Program-made: the position numbers and the translations under genes | Shown: piece by piece, positions 29,781 through 38,715 of the stretch | How positions within the stretch are numbered: the first letter of the stretch is position 1 | Layout of the letters: every line of letters starts with the position of its first letter | Origin: Pseudobdellovibrionaceae bacterium | GTDB taxonomy: Bacteria; Bdellovibrionota; Bdellovibrionia; Bdellovibrionales; UBA1609 | DNA length: 57,368 nt | Assembly (NCBI GenBank): GCA_030591685.1 | Contig: JAUVAX010000014.1 | Coordinates: 1-57,368, forward strand | Reading direction: 5' to 3' | The notes under the pieces: generated by a model | Told to the model about the DNA's origin: nothing | The model's input: only the letters and a program-made list of their open reading frames with translations | The model's database searches: none

Positions 29781-30876
29781 ACAGTGACGGAGTCCGGCTC
29801 CCGAACCCCCATCCCATCTACGGACACCCCCACATCCCTACTTCCTTCAGCTGCCCCCTCGCACTGGCCCCCCATCTTGCATAAGCTAACCCCATGCGCA
29901 TCCCTAGATCCACCCAACTCCATCCCGATCACGGCTTTATCCATAAGTTCTGGCGCTGCCAGAACCGTGAGTTTTTATTAAAAGCCGCCTCAACAAAAGA
30001 TCTCTACATGAAATGCACTGAATACGCCCTTAAACACATGAGCGTTTCTTCTAAAGTAAAGCTCCACACTTACTGCCTCATGGACAACCATGCCCATATG
30101 CAGATGAGCTATGATGATGACTCCAGCTATCTCTCAAGCTTTATGAGGGTCTCTCATGCACGCTTTGGTCAGACCTTTAATAAAATCTTTGGCCGCAGTG
30201 GCAAGGTCGCTAATGAGCGTCCTAAAACTCCTTTAATTGAAAATTCAGAGCACTGCATGAGGGTTCACTTTTATATCGAAGCCAACCCCGTAAGAGCCAA
30301 TATGGTGAGTTTAGAGAAATTAAAATTTTACAAATATTCGTGTTACAAATTTTTTGCTCATGGTATTAAAGACAGCTGGTCAAAATTATTAACCTTGCCT
30401 GAGTGGTATGTGACTTTAGGTAAAACACCCCGCTCAAGACAGTCTAAGTACCGTAAGTTATTTTTAAAGTATTTAACGAGTGAGCTTTTTGGCTCAAAGT
30501 GGATGTATGCAAAGTACATCGGTAGCCCCATGTGGCAGGATCAAATGATTGGTCGGGCAAAGAATTTATTAGACCAGGTCCTATTAACAATCACTAGCCC
30601 CAATACGACCTAGTAAATATTTTTTCACAAGTTAACGTTCTTTAAAAAGGTGTCTTTGAGTTACCTCAATGGAGGGGTTTGTCTAAAATATTTAAAATTT
30701 ACATGACAACAGCTTTGAAGAAAAAAAATGCGTGCTTTCGGGGTTTATCTCAAAGGACTCAGTGTTATGGGCCTGATTTACGTAGGGAACGCGGAGTTGC
30801 GGGGTGAATTTGAGTGGGGGTTAGAGGTGGGGAGGCGTAAGGGGTGGGGATGACTTAAAAATGGCTCCGTCACTGT
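29781..30876. mobile_element. RAYT-like element with 12-bp terminal inverted repeats
   Basis: ACAGTGACGGAG at 29781-29792 and CTCCGTCACTGT at 30865-30876; C-rich left flank, G-rich right flank. Confidence 0.6.
29894..30613 (+). CDS. REP-associated tyrosine transposase (RAYT, IS200-like HUH Y1 family)
   Basis: HTYCLMDNHAHM (HUH motif), FNKIFGRSGKV..ER, YIEANPVRA, YKYSCY. Confidence 0.85.
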   Translation: MRIPRSTQLHPDHGFIHKFWRCQNREFLLKAASTKDLYMKCTEYALKHMSVSSKVKLHTYCLMDNHAHMQMSYDDDSSYLSSFMRVSHARFGQTFNKIFGRSGKVANERPKTPLIENSEHCMRVHFYIEANPVRANMVSLEKLKFYKYSCYKFFAHGIKDSWSKLLTLPEWYVTLGKTPRSRQSKYRKLFLKYLTSELFGSKWMYAKYIGSPMWQDQMIGRAKNLLDQVLLTITSPNTT

Positions 30877-30881
30877 GTGGG

Positions 30882-32045
30882 TCAATAGTCGCAGGCGTTT
30901 ACTTTGTGGCCAGCAGGGGGACAAGCGTGACCCAGGCTCGAGGGGATGCGCTGCTCCTCGACCCAAAGGCCATTGGCATTGCAGCGCTTTCTCACGCATT
31001 TAACATGAGGCAAGTCTGTACGACAGGCTTTTTCGCCCTTAGGGTTTTTTACACAGTGCCAAGAGCACTTGTTAAAATCAGCCAGTGGAGATTTACAAAT
31101 GTATTCGCTCTTTTTTATTTTTTTGTGGCTTTTAAATACTGTATTCTTACTCATCAGTCGGCCAATTTGCTTTGCCGAGAGCTTATACACTGGGGTTAAA
31201 AAACCCTGCTCTATAAACTCAGCCACATCTCTTTTATCAAGACCTACGGCCTCTATAACAAAGCTTGCCGTGTGCCCCGCAGAAATCGACGCACTCTGAT
31301 ACTTGTTTTTAACCCCCACTAAATTAACACTCCCCTTTAGGGTCGAAACTCTAGTGATTATTTTTTGACCCTCTATGTACTCTACAACAAAATCGGTCCC
31401 TCGAATACCGGCCACAGCCGATTTTGTTTTGACCCTGTAATATGAAGAGCTGTCATCATTATATTTCTTTTTAACTGAGTTTCTCACTCGACCCTTAATA
31501 AGCTTTATTAAAGCTCTACGCTTTTTCTTTTTTTCACTCACTATATACTCCTCTATTGAGAGTATAGAGTTTTCTGAAATAAGAATTGTGTTTTCATCAT
31601 TAAATTTAACCTTTACCTGAGAAGCATTTTTTGTACTTAATATGTCGGAGTGATAAATAATGTCGCCTAATAAAATAGGCTTTTTTTCGCCTTCGTTAAC
31701 AACAAAGGCCTTGCCCGATAACTGAGTGATTTTACCTATTTCAATTTTTTTAAGTGCTATTTTATTATAAGACACCTCTCCGACAACAGAAGCCAAACCC
31801 CTTTTAGCTTTACTGTCCAAGGCAAGTGTTTCGCAATTGTCAGGCAAAGGATCTGCCTTCACACATGCAGGCTTTGAGCATGATTTTAAACGTTGCCCAT
31901 TATCACATTTTTTAGTGTAAAACTCTAAACTCTCTTGCTCTTGGCAAGGGCCACACGACAGGGTCTCACAAAGACAACTACTACCTGCAAAGGCACTATA
32001 CCCCACTAAATATAAAGCACTAAAAATAAAGCTTGTAAGCTTCAT
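30882..32045 (-). CDS. secreted FecR-domain protein with Cys-rich termini
   Basis: VKTKSAVAGIRGTDFVV, LIKGRVR; Cys clusters at both ends. Confidence 0.8.
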   Translation of the reverse strand: MKLTSFIFSALYLVGYSAFAGSSCLCETLSCGPCQEQESLEFYTKKCDNGQRLKSCSKPACVKADPLPDNCETLALDSKAKRGLASVVGEVSYNKIALKKIEIGKITQLSGKAFVVNEGEKKPILLGDIIYHSDILSTKNASQVKVKFNDENTILISENSILSIEEYIVSEKKKKRRALIKLIKGRVRNSVKKKYNDDSSSYYRVKTKSAVAGIRGTDFVVEYIEGQKIITRVSTLKGSVNLVGVKNKYQSASISAGHTASFVIEAVGLDKRDVAEFIEQGFLTPVYKLSAKQIGRLMSKNTVFKSHKKIKKSEYICKSPLADFNKCSWHCVKNPKGEKACRTDLPHVKCVRKRCNANGLWVEEQRIPSSLGHACPPAGHKVNACDY

Positions 32046-32239
32046 GGCCTTTACCCCTAAGGCGGCTAAGTACGTTTTACCACCGTTTACTCATATCGGC
32101 TCGCCTGGACTAAAGTATGATGTCTTTATAAATGAAATGTGGAATTTTACCCTTTTGCCTCTCTTTGTCTTAAGTTGACCTTGAGTGATTAAAGCTATAT
32201 GTATCAATTTCATAAGTTTACAACTAAGGACACAAAAAA

Positions 32240-32872
32240 ATGACCTATTTCAAAACACTTCTTTTATTCATTTTTTTTACTTCTAACCAGGCGCTTTCGT
32301 ATTATACCACTCATGATACAGGTGATATTTTACCAAAGGATCAGCGAGAAGTTTTTAGTCATATCCAATTTTTTACCTCCGAAGGCCTTAAAACAAACAT
32401 AATGGCCGGGTATGACTGGCCGTCCAATCAAAACCCCTCGGCACAGTATAGGGCTCAAATTGGACTGGGGCATTCACTCAGCGCGGCCATAAAATATAAA
32501 TGGGTCCCAATCCCCGATTACGAAAATCAACCCTCAATGGGGGGTATCTTTAGTGCTCAGGTGGCTATGCCCTCTTCACAAACTGAGTTTACACTTACCG
32601 CCTCGCCACTTTTAAGTAAACGTTATGACACTAACATTGGAGTAAATAATTTTTATGCCTCCCTGCCCGTTTCGGTACAGTTTTACGACGGAGCCACCAA
32701 CGTGCCCATTCAACTCATTGGGGGCACTTTTTTTAAACTCGATGATTATGAAAACTTACACTTTACAGCCGAAATAGGAGTTGGCCTAACTAAGAGCTTT
32801 AACTATATCTCACTAGGCATGACGCTTAACTTTAATAAATCAGATGGAATTAAAATAAAAAAAGTAAATTAA
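32240..32872 (+). CDS. secreted hypothetical protein, probable outer-membrane beta-barrel
   Basis: Signal peptide, alternating amphipathic strands, YISLGMTLNF near the C-terminus; AAGGA RBS. Confidence 0.6.
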   Translation: MTYFKTLLLFIFFTSNQALSYYTTHDTGDILPKDQREVFSHIQFFTSEGLKTNIMAGYDWPSNQNPSAQYRAQIGLGHSLSAAIKYKWVPIPDYENQPSMGGIFSAQVAMPSSQTEFTLTASPLLSKRYDTNIGVNNFYASLPVSVQFYDGATNVPIQLIGGTFFKLDDYENLHFTAEIGVGLTKSFNYISLGMTLNFNKSDGIKIKKVN

Positions 32873-32906
32873 ACTTCATTAAAGTCTTTTAATTACTTTT
32901 AGTCGT

Positions 32907-32942
32907 AAAAAAAAAGCTAAGCGTTAAAGCTTAGCCTTTTTT
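32907..32942. terminator. bidirectional terminator
   Basis: A-run, gctaagc-gttaaa-gcttagc, T-run, between convergent genes. Confidence 0.75.
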
Positions 32943-32963
32943 GATCAAATATAAAAACTGTAT

Positions 32964-34883
32964 TTAGTTGTCTTGCTTCACATCACTAAAATCAGCATCG
33001 ATCACATCATCATCATTCTTGTTAGTTGTAGATTCGTCACCATCTGAAGGCTCTTCAGCGCCCTTTTCTTCTGAGGCTGCGCTGCTTTGGTTTTTGTACA
33101 ATTCAGCACTCAGTGCATGATTCGCCTCAGTTAACTTTTGTAAAGTCTGCTTCATGGCTTCAATATCTTCACCTTCAAGGTCTTTTTTAGCCTGCTCCAT
33201 AGCTTCAGTGGCTTTGGTTTTAGCCTCCTCTGGTAATTTATCTCCGTTTTCTTTTATAAGACTTTCAGTTTGATAAACCATATTGTCCAGTTCGTTTTTA
33301 GTGGTCACGCCTTCTTTACGCTTTTTGTCTTCTTCAGAGTGAAGCTCAGCATCTTTAACCATGCTTTCGATCTCGTCATCACTTAAACCTGATTTAGAGG
33401 TAATTTTAATGGCCTGTTCTTTGCCAGTCCCCAAGTCTTTTGCCGAGACATCAATAATGCCATTGGCATCAATATCAAAGGTCACTTCGATTTGAGGCAC
33501 CCCTCTTGAGGCCGACGGTATATTAACCAGTTCAAAACGCCCTAGAGATTTGTTATCAGTCGACATCTCACGCTCACCTTGTACAACATGAACATCAACA
33601 CTTGTTTGGTTGTCAGCGGCCGTTGAAAACACCTGTGACTTTCTTGTGGGTATAGTCGTGTTTCTCTCAATTAAGCGAGTCATCACGCCACCTAAAGTTT
33701 CAATACCTAAAGAAAGAGGTGTAACATCTAAGAGTAAAACATCTTTTACGTCCCCAGCAAGCACTCCCCCTTGAATGGCAGCACCGATGGCCACAACCTC
33801 ATCAGGGTTGACGGAACGATTTAACTCTTTACCAAAAAACTTTTTTACAGCCTCTTGTATAGCTGGGATACGAGTGGTCCCCCCAACTAAAACAATTTCA
33901 TCGATTTGAGAGCTTGAAAGGCTAGCGTCTTTTAATGCCTTTTTACACGGATCAAGAGACCTTTTAACAAGTCCTTCAATCATTTGCTCAAACTTAGCGC
34001 GGTTAAGTTTTAAATTTAAATGCTTTGGTCCTGTTTGGTCAGCGGTCACAAAGGGTAAATTGATTTCGGTTTCTTGTACTGAAGAAAGCTCGATTTTTGC
34101 TTTTTCGGCAGCTTCTTTTAAACGCTGTAAGGCCATTTTATCTTTACTTAAATCAATGCCCTGGTCTTTTTTAAACTCATCAATCATCCAGTTTAAAACA
34201 ACATCATCAAAATCGTCCCCACCTAAGTGAGTGTCGCCATTTGTGGCCTTTACCTCTACAACATTATCGCCCACTTCTAAGATTGAGATATCAAAAGTAC
34301 CCCCACCAAAATCAAAAATGGCTATTTTCTCGTCGGCTTTTTTATCTAATCCGTAAGCCAGTGCAGCAGCAGTGGGTTCGTTAATAATACGCTTTACCTC
34401 TAGCCCTGCAATTTTACCGGCATCTTTAGTGGCCTGCCTTTGGGTGTCATTAAAATAAGCCGGTACGGTAATAACCGCTTCGGTGACTTCATGGCCTAAA
34501 TAATCCTCGGCCACTTTTTTAAGTTTTTGTAAAATCATTGCCGAAATTTCTTCAGGAGACACCTTTTCGCCATCTATATCAAAAGCACAGTCTCCGCTGC
34601 CTTTATCAACGACAGTGTAAGGAACACGGCTCGTTTCTTGTTTGATTTCTTTAAATTGACGACCAATGAACCTTTTGGCTGAGTAAATTGTTTTTTCAGG
34701 GTTAGTGACCGATTGCCGCTTAGCCACCTGACCGACGAGCTTAGTGCCATCTTTAGTAAATGCCACCACAGAAGGGGTTGTTCGCCCGCCCTCTTCGTTA
34801 ACAATAATTTTTGCTTCGCCGCCTTCCATAACTGCAACACACGAGTTGGTCGTACCTAAGTCGATTCCTATTATTTTTCCCAT
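32964..34883 (-). CDS. dnaK: chaperone DnaK
   Basis: [45 protein letters not shown]. Confidence 0.99.
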   Translation of the reverse strand: MGKIIGIDLGTTNSCVAVMEGGEAKIIVNEEGGRTTPSVVAFTKDGTKLVGQVAKRQSVTNPEKTIYSAKRFIGRQFKEIKQETSRVPYTVVDKGSGDCAFDIDGEKVSPEEISAMILQKLKKVAEDYLGHEVTEAVITVPAYFNDTQRQATKDAGKIAGLEVKRIINEPTAAALAYGLDKKADEKIAIFDFGGGTFDISILEVGDNVVEVKATNGDTHLGGDDFDDVVLNWMIDEFKKDQGIDLSKDKMALQRLKEAAEKAKIELSSVQETEINLPFVTADQTGPKHLNLKLNRAKFEQMIEGLVKRSLDPCKKALKDASLSSSQIDEIVLVGGTTRIPAIQEAVKKFFGKELNRSVNPDEVVAIGAAIQGGVLAGDVKDVLLLDVTPLSLGIETLGGVMTRLIERNTTIPTRKSQVFSTAADNQTSVDVHVVQGEREMSTDNKSLGRFELVNIPSASRGVPQIEVTFDIDANGIIDVSAKDLGTGKEQAIKITSKSGLSDDEIESMVKDAELHSEEDKKRKEGVTTKNELDNMVYQTESLIKENGDKLPEEAKTKATEAMEQAKKDLEGEDIEAMKQTLQKLTEANHALSAELYKNQSSAASEEKGAEEPSDGDESTTNKNDDDVIDADFSDVKQDN

Positions 34884-34963
34884 ATTAACCTTGCTCCCTT
34901 TAAAGTTTTTATTAAATTAACTACTATTTACAACTTGTTCAGTGTTTTTAATTGGTCAAGGTT

Positions 34964-36055
34964 TTAACTGAAAAAACCTTTTTTTTCGCTCACCTGATCG
35001 CCCTTAAGCTGAGCAATTTCGCGCAGCAGCTCTTCTTCTTTTTTTGCTAATTTTTTTGGTATATCAATAGTGACTTCAAATATATGGTCCCCGCGGCGTG
35101 AATTACGCAAAGACGGCAAGCCCTTTTCTTTTAAGTGTATTAACTCTCCGTCTTTAGTGCCTTTTTTTATACACAGCTCTTCGGCCCCTTCAAGACCCTC
35201 AACGCTGACTTCAGAGCCTAAAAGCGCTTGAAGGTATGAGATACTTAGTGGGCTCACCAAGTGCTGCCCTTGACGCTGAAAGCATTTATCAGGCTTAACC
35301 CCTAGCTCTACGTATAAGTCCCCTTTTGGACCACCTTTATAGCCACTATCACCCTCTCCGGTGACTCGCAGCTGAGTGCCCGAATCGACCCCTGCAGGCA
35401 CAGTCACAGACTTAACCCGACTCTCACTGCCTCGACCCTTGCCATGACAAGAGCTACATTTATCTTTAATAATAGTACCCGCACCAGCACAACTTGAACA
35501 CGTGGCCGCCACTTGAAAAAAGCCCTGAGAACGAATCACCTGCCCTGAACCCCCACAGGTCGAACATGTTGTAGGCTGAGAGCCCTCTTTGGCTCCACTA
35601 CCTGAACATTTATTACAGTCGTCTTCTGTATCGTATGTAATTTCGGTGGTGACGCCGTTAAGCACATCAATTAAATCAATTTCTAAATAATATTTTAAAT
35701 CACTGCCTCGACGCGGAGCATTTTTGTCGCGAGTTCGACGGCGGCCCCCGCCACCAAAAAAATCACCAAATATATCGCCAAAGCTATCAAATATATCACC
35801 CACGTCTTGAAAGCCCGAGCTAAACCCACCCATACCAGCGCCGGCATGGCCAAAGCGGTCATAATTAGCCTTTTTGTCGGGGTTACTAAGCACCTCGTAA
35901 GCCTCAGCAGCTTGTTTGAACTTATTTTCTGAAGTTTTATCCCCTGGGTTTTTATCGGGGTGGTGCTGCATTGCAAGCTTTCGGTAAGCTTTTTTTATCA
36001 CATCTGAGTCAGAAGCCCGGTCAACACCTAAAACTTCGTAATAATCTGCCTTCAT
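34964..36055 (-). CDS. dnaJ: chaperone DnaJ
   Basis: J domain HPD, G/F region, four CxxCxGxG; start taken at MKADYY. Confidence 0.97.
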   Translation of the reverse strand: MKADYYEVLGVDRASDSDVIKKAYRKLAMQHHPDKNPGDKTSENKFKQAAEAYEVLSNPDKKANYDRFGHAGAGMGGFSSGFQDVGDIFDSFGDIFGDFFGGGGRRRTRDKNAPRRGSDLKYYLEIDLIDVLNGVTTEITYDTEDDCNKCSGSGAKEGSQPTTCSTCGGSGQVIRSQGFFQVAATCSSCAGAGTIIKDKCSSCHGKGRGSESRVKSVTVPAGVDSGTQLRVTGEGDSGYKGGPKGDLYVELGVKPDKCFQRQGQHLVSPLSISYLQALLGSEVSVEGLEGAEELCIKKGTKDGELIHLKEKGLPSLRNSRRGDHIFEVTIDIPKKLAKKEEELLREIAQLKGDQVSEKKGFFS

Positions 36056-36267
36056 ATTTTTGGGCCTTAAACACTTAATGAGGTTAAATTTTAAAGTATA
36101 TTTGTTACCGCGTAACACATGGTCACATCAACTAATTTGTGCACTTTACAAGGGGGGTCAAGGTCCCTTAAGTATATTTTATAACTCACTAAAATGTTTA
36201 CATTAAATGGATCAATCCGGCCCCTGCTTTTATGCCATAAATATCAACATGCGGTTGTTTGTAGGGT

Positions 36268-36984
36268 TTAGTTTATTTCGCGCTCTTTTAAAAAAGGTTT
36301 TGAAAAATCACCCTTTTTACTTGAAAGCCCCAGAGCCCTATTGGCCTCAATCAGCCGCTGCCTGATACGATTTGAGTACTTAACTTTAGGGTTTCGCTTT
36401 AAAAAAGACTCCAGCATGGTTTTAGTTAAAAGGGCCTGCCCTGTTTGGGTGTAAAGCCTGCCGGCTAATGAGTACACCCAACTGGGGGCCCCGTTTTCAG
36501 CGGCTAATTTTAAAGCCTCCGCGGCTTTTTTGTAGTCTTTCATCTCGACTAAATAATGATACCCGGCCCTATAAGAAATAGACCAATCCCCCGGGAACAC
36601 CTTTATACCTTTATCAAAAATAGCCTCGGCCCCTTTGGCATCGTTGCCCACGACACTGAGCACTGTCGCCCCGGTGAGGTACACGCTTTCAAATCGAGGG
36701 GCGAGTTCAGAGATGGCATCTAACATTCGATAACCCCAGCCCATGTTACAAGATTTTTTTTTATTTGTGTTTTTTTGGTTTTCAAACTCACCGCACTCAT
36801 CCATGTCCTGGATAAAGCGAATCCATAAACTATCTGCGATAGACTCTTTGTAGCCAAAGCTAAAGTGCTTAATTTCTAAAGGTGGTGGCACAAAAGCTTT
36901 ATAAGTCTTACCCTCAGAGTTGTGCTTATTTGAGGCCTGTATAATGAAAAAAAAACTAACTAAAAAAAATACATATTTATACAT
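36268..36984 (-). CDS. TPR-like pilus-associated protein
   Basis: N-terminal anchor; IADSLWIRFIQ and KGIKVFPGDW helical repeats; directly after pilA. Confidence 0.55.
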   Translation of the reverse strand: MYKYVFFLVSFFFIIQASNKHNSEGKTYKAFVPPPLEIKHFSFGYKESIADSLWIRFIQDMDECGEFENQKNTNKKKSCNMGWGYRMLDAISELAPRFESVYLTGATVLSVVGNDAKGAEAIFDKGIKVFPGDWSISYRAGYHYLVEMKDYKKAAEALKLAAENGAPSWVYSLAGRLYTQTGQALLTKTMLESFLKRNPKVKYSNRIRQRLIEANRALGLSSKKGDFSKPFLKEREIN

Positions 36985-37020
36985 TTTTAAAATATATCAA
37001 AAAATTACCTACGTCTCAAT

Positions 37021-37050
37021 AAAAAACCCCAAGGCAGTAATACCTTGGGG
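37021..37050 (-). terminator. pilA terminator
   Basis: 8-bp ccccaagg/ccttgggg stem followed by T6 on the minus strand. Confidence 0.75.
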
Positions 37051-37076
37051 TATATTAATATATATTAAATAAAAAG

Positions 37077-37622
37077 TTAATTAACAACATCATTGACTGT
37101 ATTTAAAAGAGCTCTTGCATTGTCAATTGTCCACGTGTCACTTGTCGCATCCGAGTCGATTTGTCCAATTGCCGTTGCTGTAAATGCTGTGGACGTGGTC
37201 TCGGATGTTGGCAAGGTCAAGTCATTACCGCCATTATAAATTGCACTTTCATCTGTACAGGTCGTCGTAGCATCACAGTAACCGGCAGAGTTGAATGTAC
37301 CTGCATTTCCAGCCGCAGAGGCAACAAAAGCAGCCCCGAGGCTAATGCTCCCTGCAGCTGTAAACCCAACGAGATATCTCAAATTACCCCGAGGATCATA
37401 ACCTATATCCGCCCAAGACCCATAGTAAGTATTCCACTCTTGAAAAAAGGCCTCTTCAGCTGAATATAAAGCTGCCAACTGAGCTTTGGCCTCACCTTGC
37501 CTAGCTTTCGCTTGGAATTTTTGAAAATTTGGTACTGCAACAGATGCCAAAATACCAATAATGGCCACCACCACCATGAGCTCAATCAGTGAGAACCCTT
37601 TTTTTGATTTTAGTAATTTCAT
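37077..37622 (-). CDS. pilA: type IVa major pilin
   Basis: KKG/FSLIELMVVVAIIGILASVAVP prepilin motif; own sigma-54 promoter and terminator. Confidence 0.9.
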   Translation of the reverse strand: MKLLKSKKGFSLIELMVVVAIIGILASVAVPNFQKFQAKARQGEAKAQLAALYSAEEAFFQEWNTYYGSWADIGYDPRGNLRYLVGFTAAGSISLGAAFVASAAGNAGTFNSAGYCDATTTCTDESAIYNGGNDLTLPTSETTSTAFTATAIGQIDSDATSDTWTIDNARALLNTVNDVVN

Positions 37623-37700
37623 AAAACGCCCCCTTGAACGTACTGGTTTATTTATAAATTTTAATTTCCCTTACAATTATGTTGTCTACCCTAAACTAAG

Positions 37701-37716
37701 TGCAACGAAAGTGCCA
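37701..37716 (-). promoter_or_regulatory. sigma-54 promoter of pilA
   Basis: Minus strand TGGCAC-TTTCG-TTGCA. Confidence 0.85.
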
Positions 37717-38181
37717 AATTTACGACTAAAGTTGATACAATGTTTGCCTCACGATAAAACAAACTCTTTACTGACTAGCCTTAAGTCGAAACACTTTGCC
37801 CTTTTATTTTAAGCCCAATCACTTTAGTATAAAAGTTCAACACTAGTTAAACGGCATAAACGACTTATAAATTTAGCAAAACTTAATGTTTTATAAATGT
37901 GAACACCTCAAAAGTGCCGTTAACTGTCACTCTCAATTAACTTTTGACTCATTATAAAGCACAATATGTCTGAGCTCACTTTTACCTCACTAAAACTAGG
38001 ACCATAAAAGGAGCCCCTTTACTAAATAGTAATAAGCTCGGTGAGCATAAACTTTACCTCTAGTGACGAGCCTGAGGTTATATTAATCACCGAGAACACC
38101 TCTAAGTACAGAGAGCCCCTAAGTACTAAGCCCCTCATTTTTACTTGCCGCAGAAAGCAAACTGTCGGTATATTAAACGTG

Positions 38182-38547
38182 ATGAATTCAGAAAAAACAT
38201 TAACGAACTATTATGATACACTAATGGGCCATGAGCACACTGACGATGATGAGGGTGGTACCAAGACCCTCACTCGGCCCAAAACTCAGTTTAAAAAACC
38301 CCCAATGTATAAGGTGTTATTGTTAAACGATGACTACACGCCTATGGATTTTGTGACTCATGTGCTTGTAAAATTTTTTAAAAAAAATAACTCAGAGGCC
38401 AACAGTATAATGTTAAGCGTGCATCAAACGGGCGCGGGGCTTTGTGGCGTGTTCTCCTTTGAAATTGCCGAAACTAAGGTTTTTCAGGTTAATAGCTTTG
38501 CCAAAGAAAGCAAGTACCCCCTTAAATGCACCCTTGAAGAAGAATAA
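38182..38547 (+). CDS. clpS: Clp protease adaptor ClpS
   Basis: PPMYKVLLLNDDYTPMDFV, EIAETKV, YPLKCTLE; start uncertain. Confidence 0.95.
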   Translation: MNSEKTLTNYYDTLMGHEHTDDDEGGTKTLTRPKTQFKKPPMYKVLLLNDDYTPMDFVTHVLVKFFKKNNSEANSIMLSVHQTGAGLCGVFSFEIAETKVFQVNSFAKESKYPLKCTLEEE

Positions 38548-38715
38548 TTAAAAATATTTTTTAATTTTCTATTCAAGAGCTGATACAAAGGGCCTGAAGA
38601 GCACTGCCTGAGGCAAAAAATATATAAAAAAAAGCATATTGACTGTACAATAAAAAGACACAAACTTTTAACTAGGCACTTAATGTTTATGTGCTTTTTG
38701 CTAAAGGGGTCATTT

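Noticed and set aside
29675..31299. ORFs 29675-29944, 29739-29981, 30778-30999, 30861-31199 and 31069-31299
   Set aside because: They arise from the C/G-rich RAYT flanks or are antisense to the FecR gene
11486..38715. Track starts at 11486, 21372, 36118, 38041 and 38683
   Set aside because: Downstream starts fit the RBS, signal peptide or family N-terminus better
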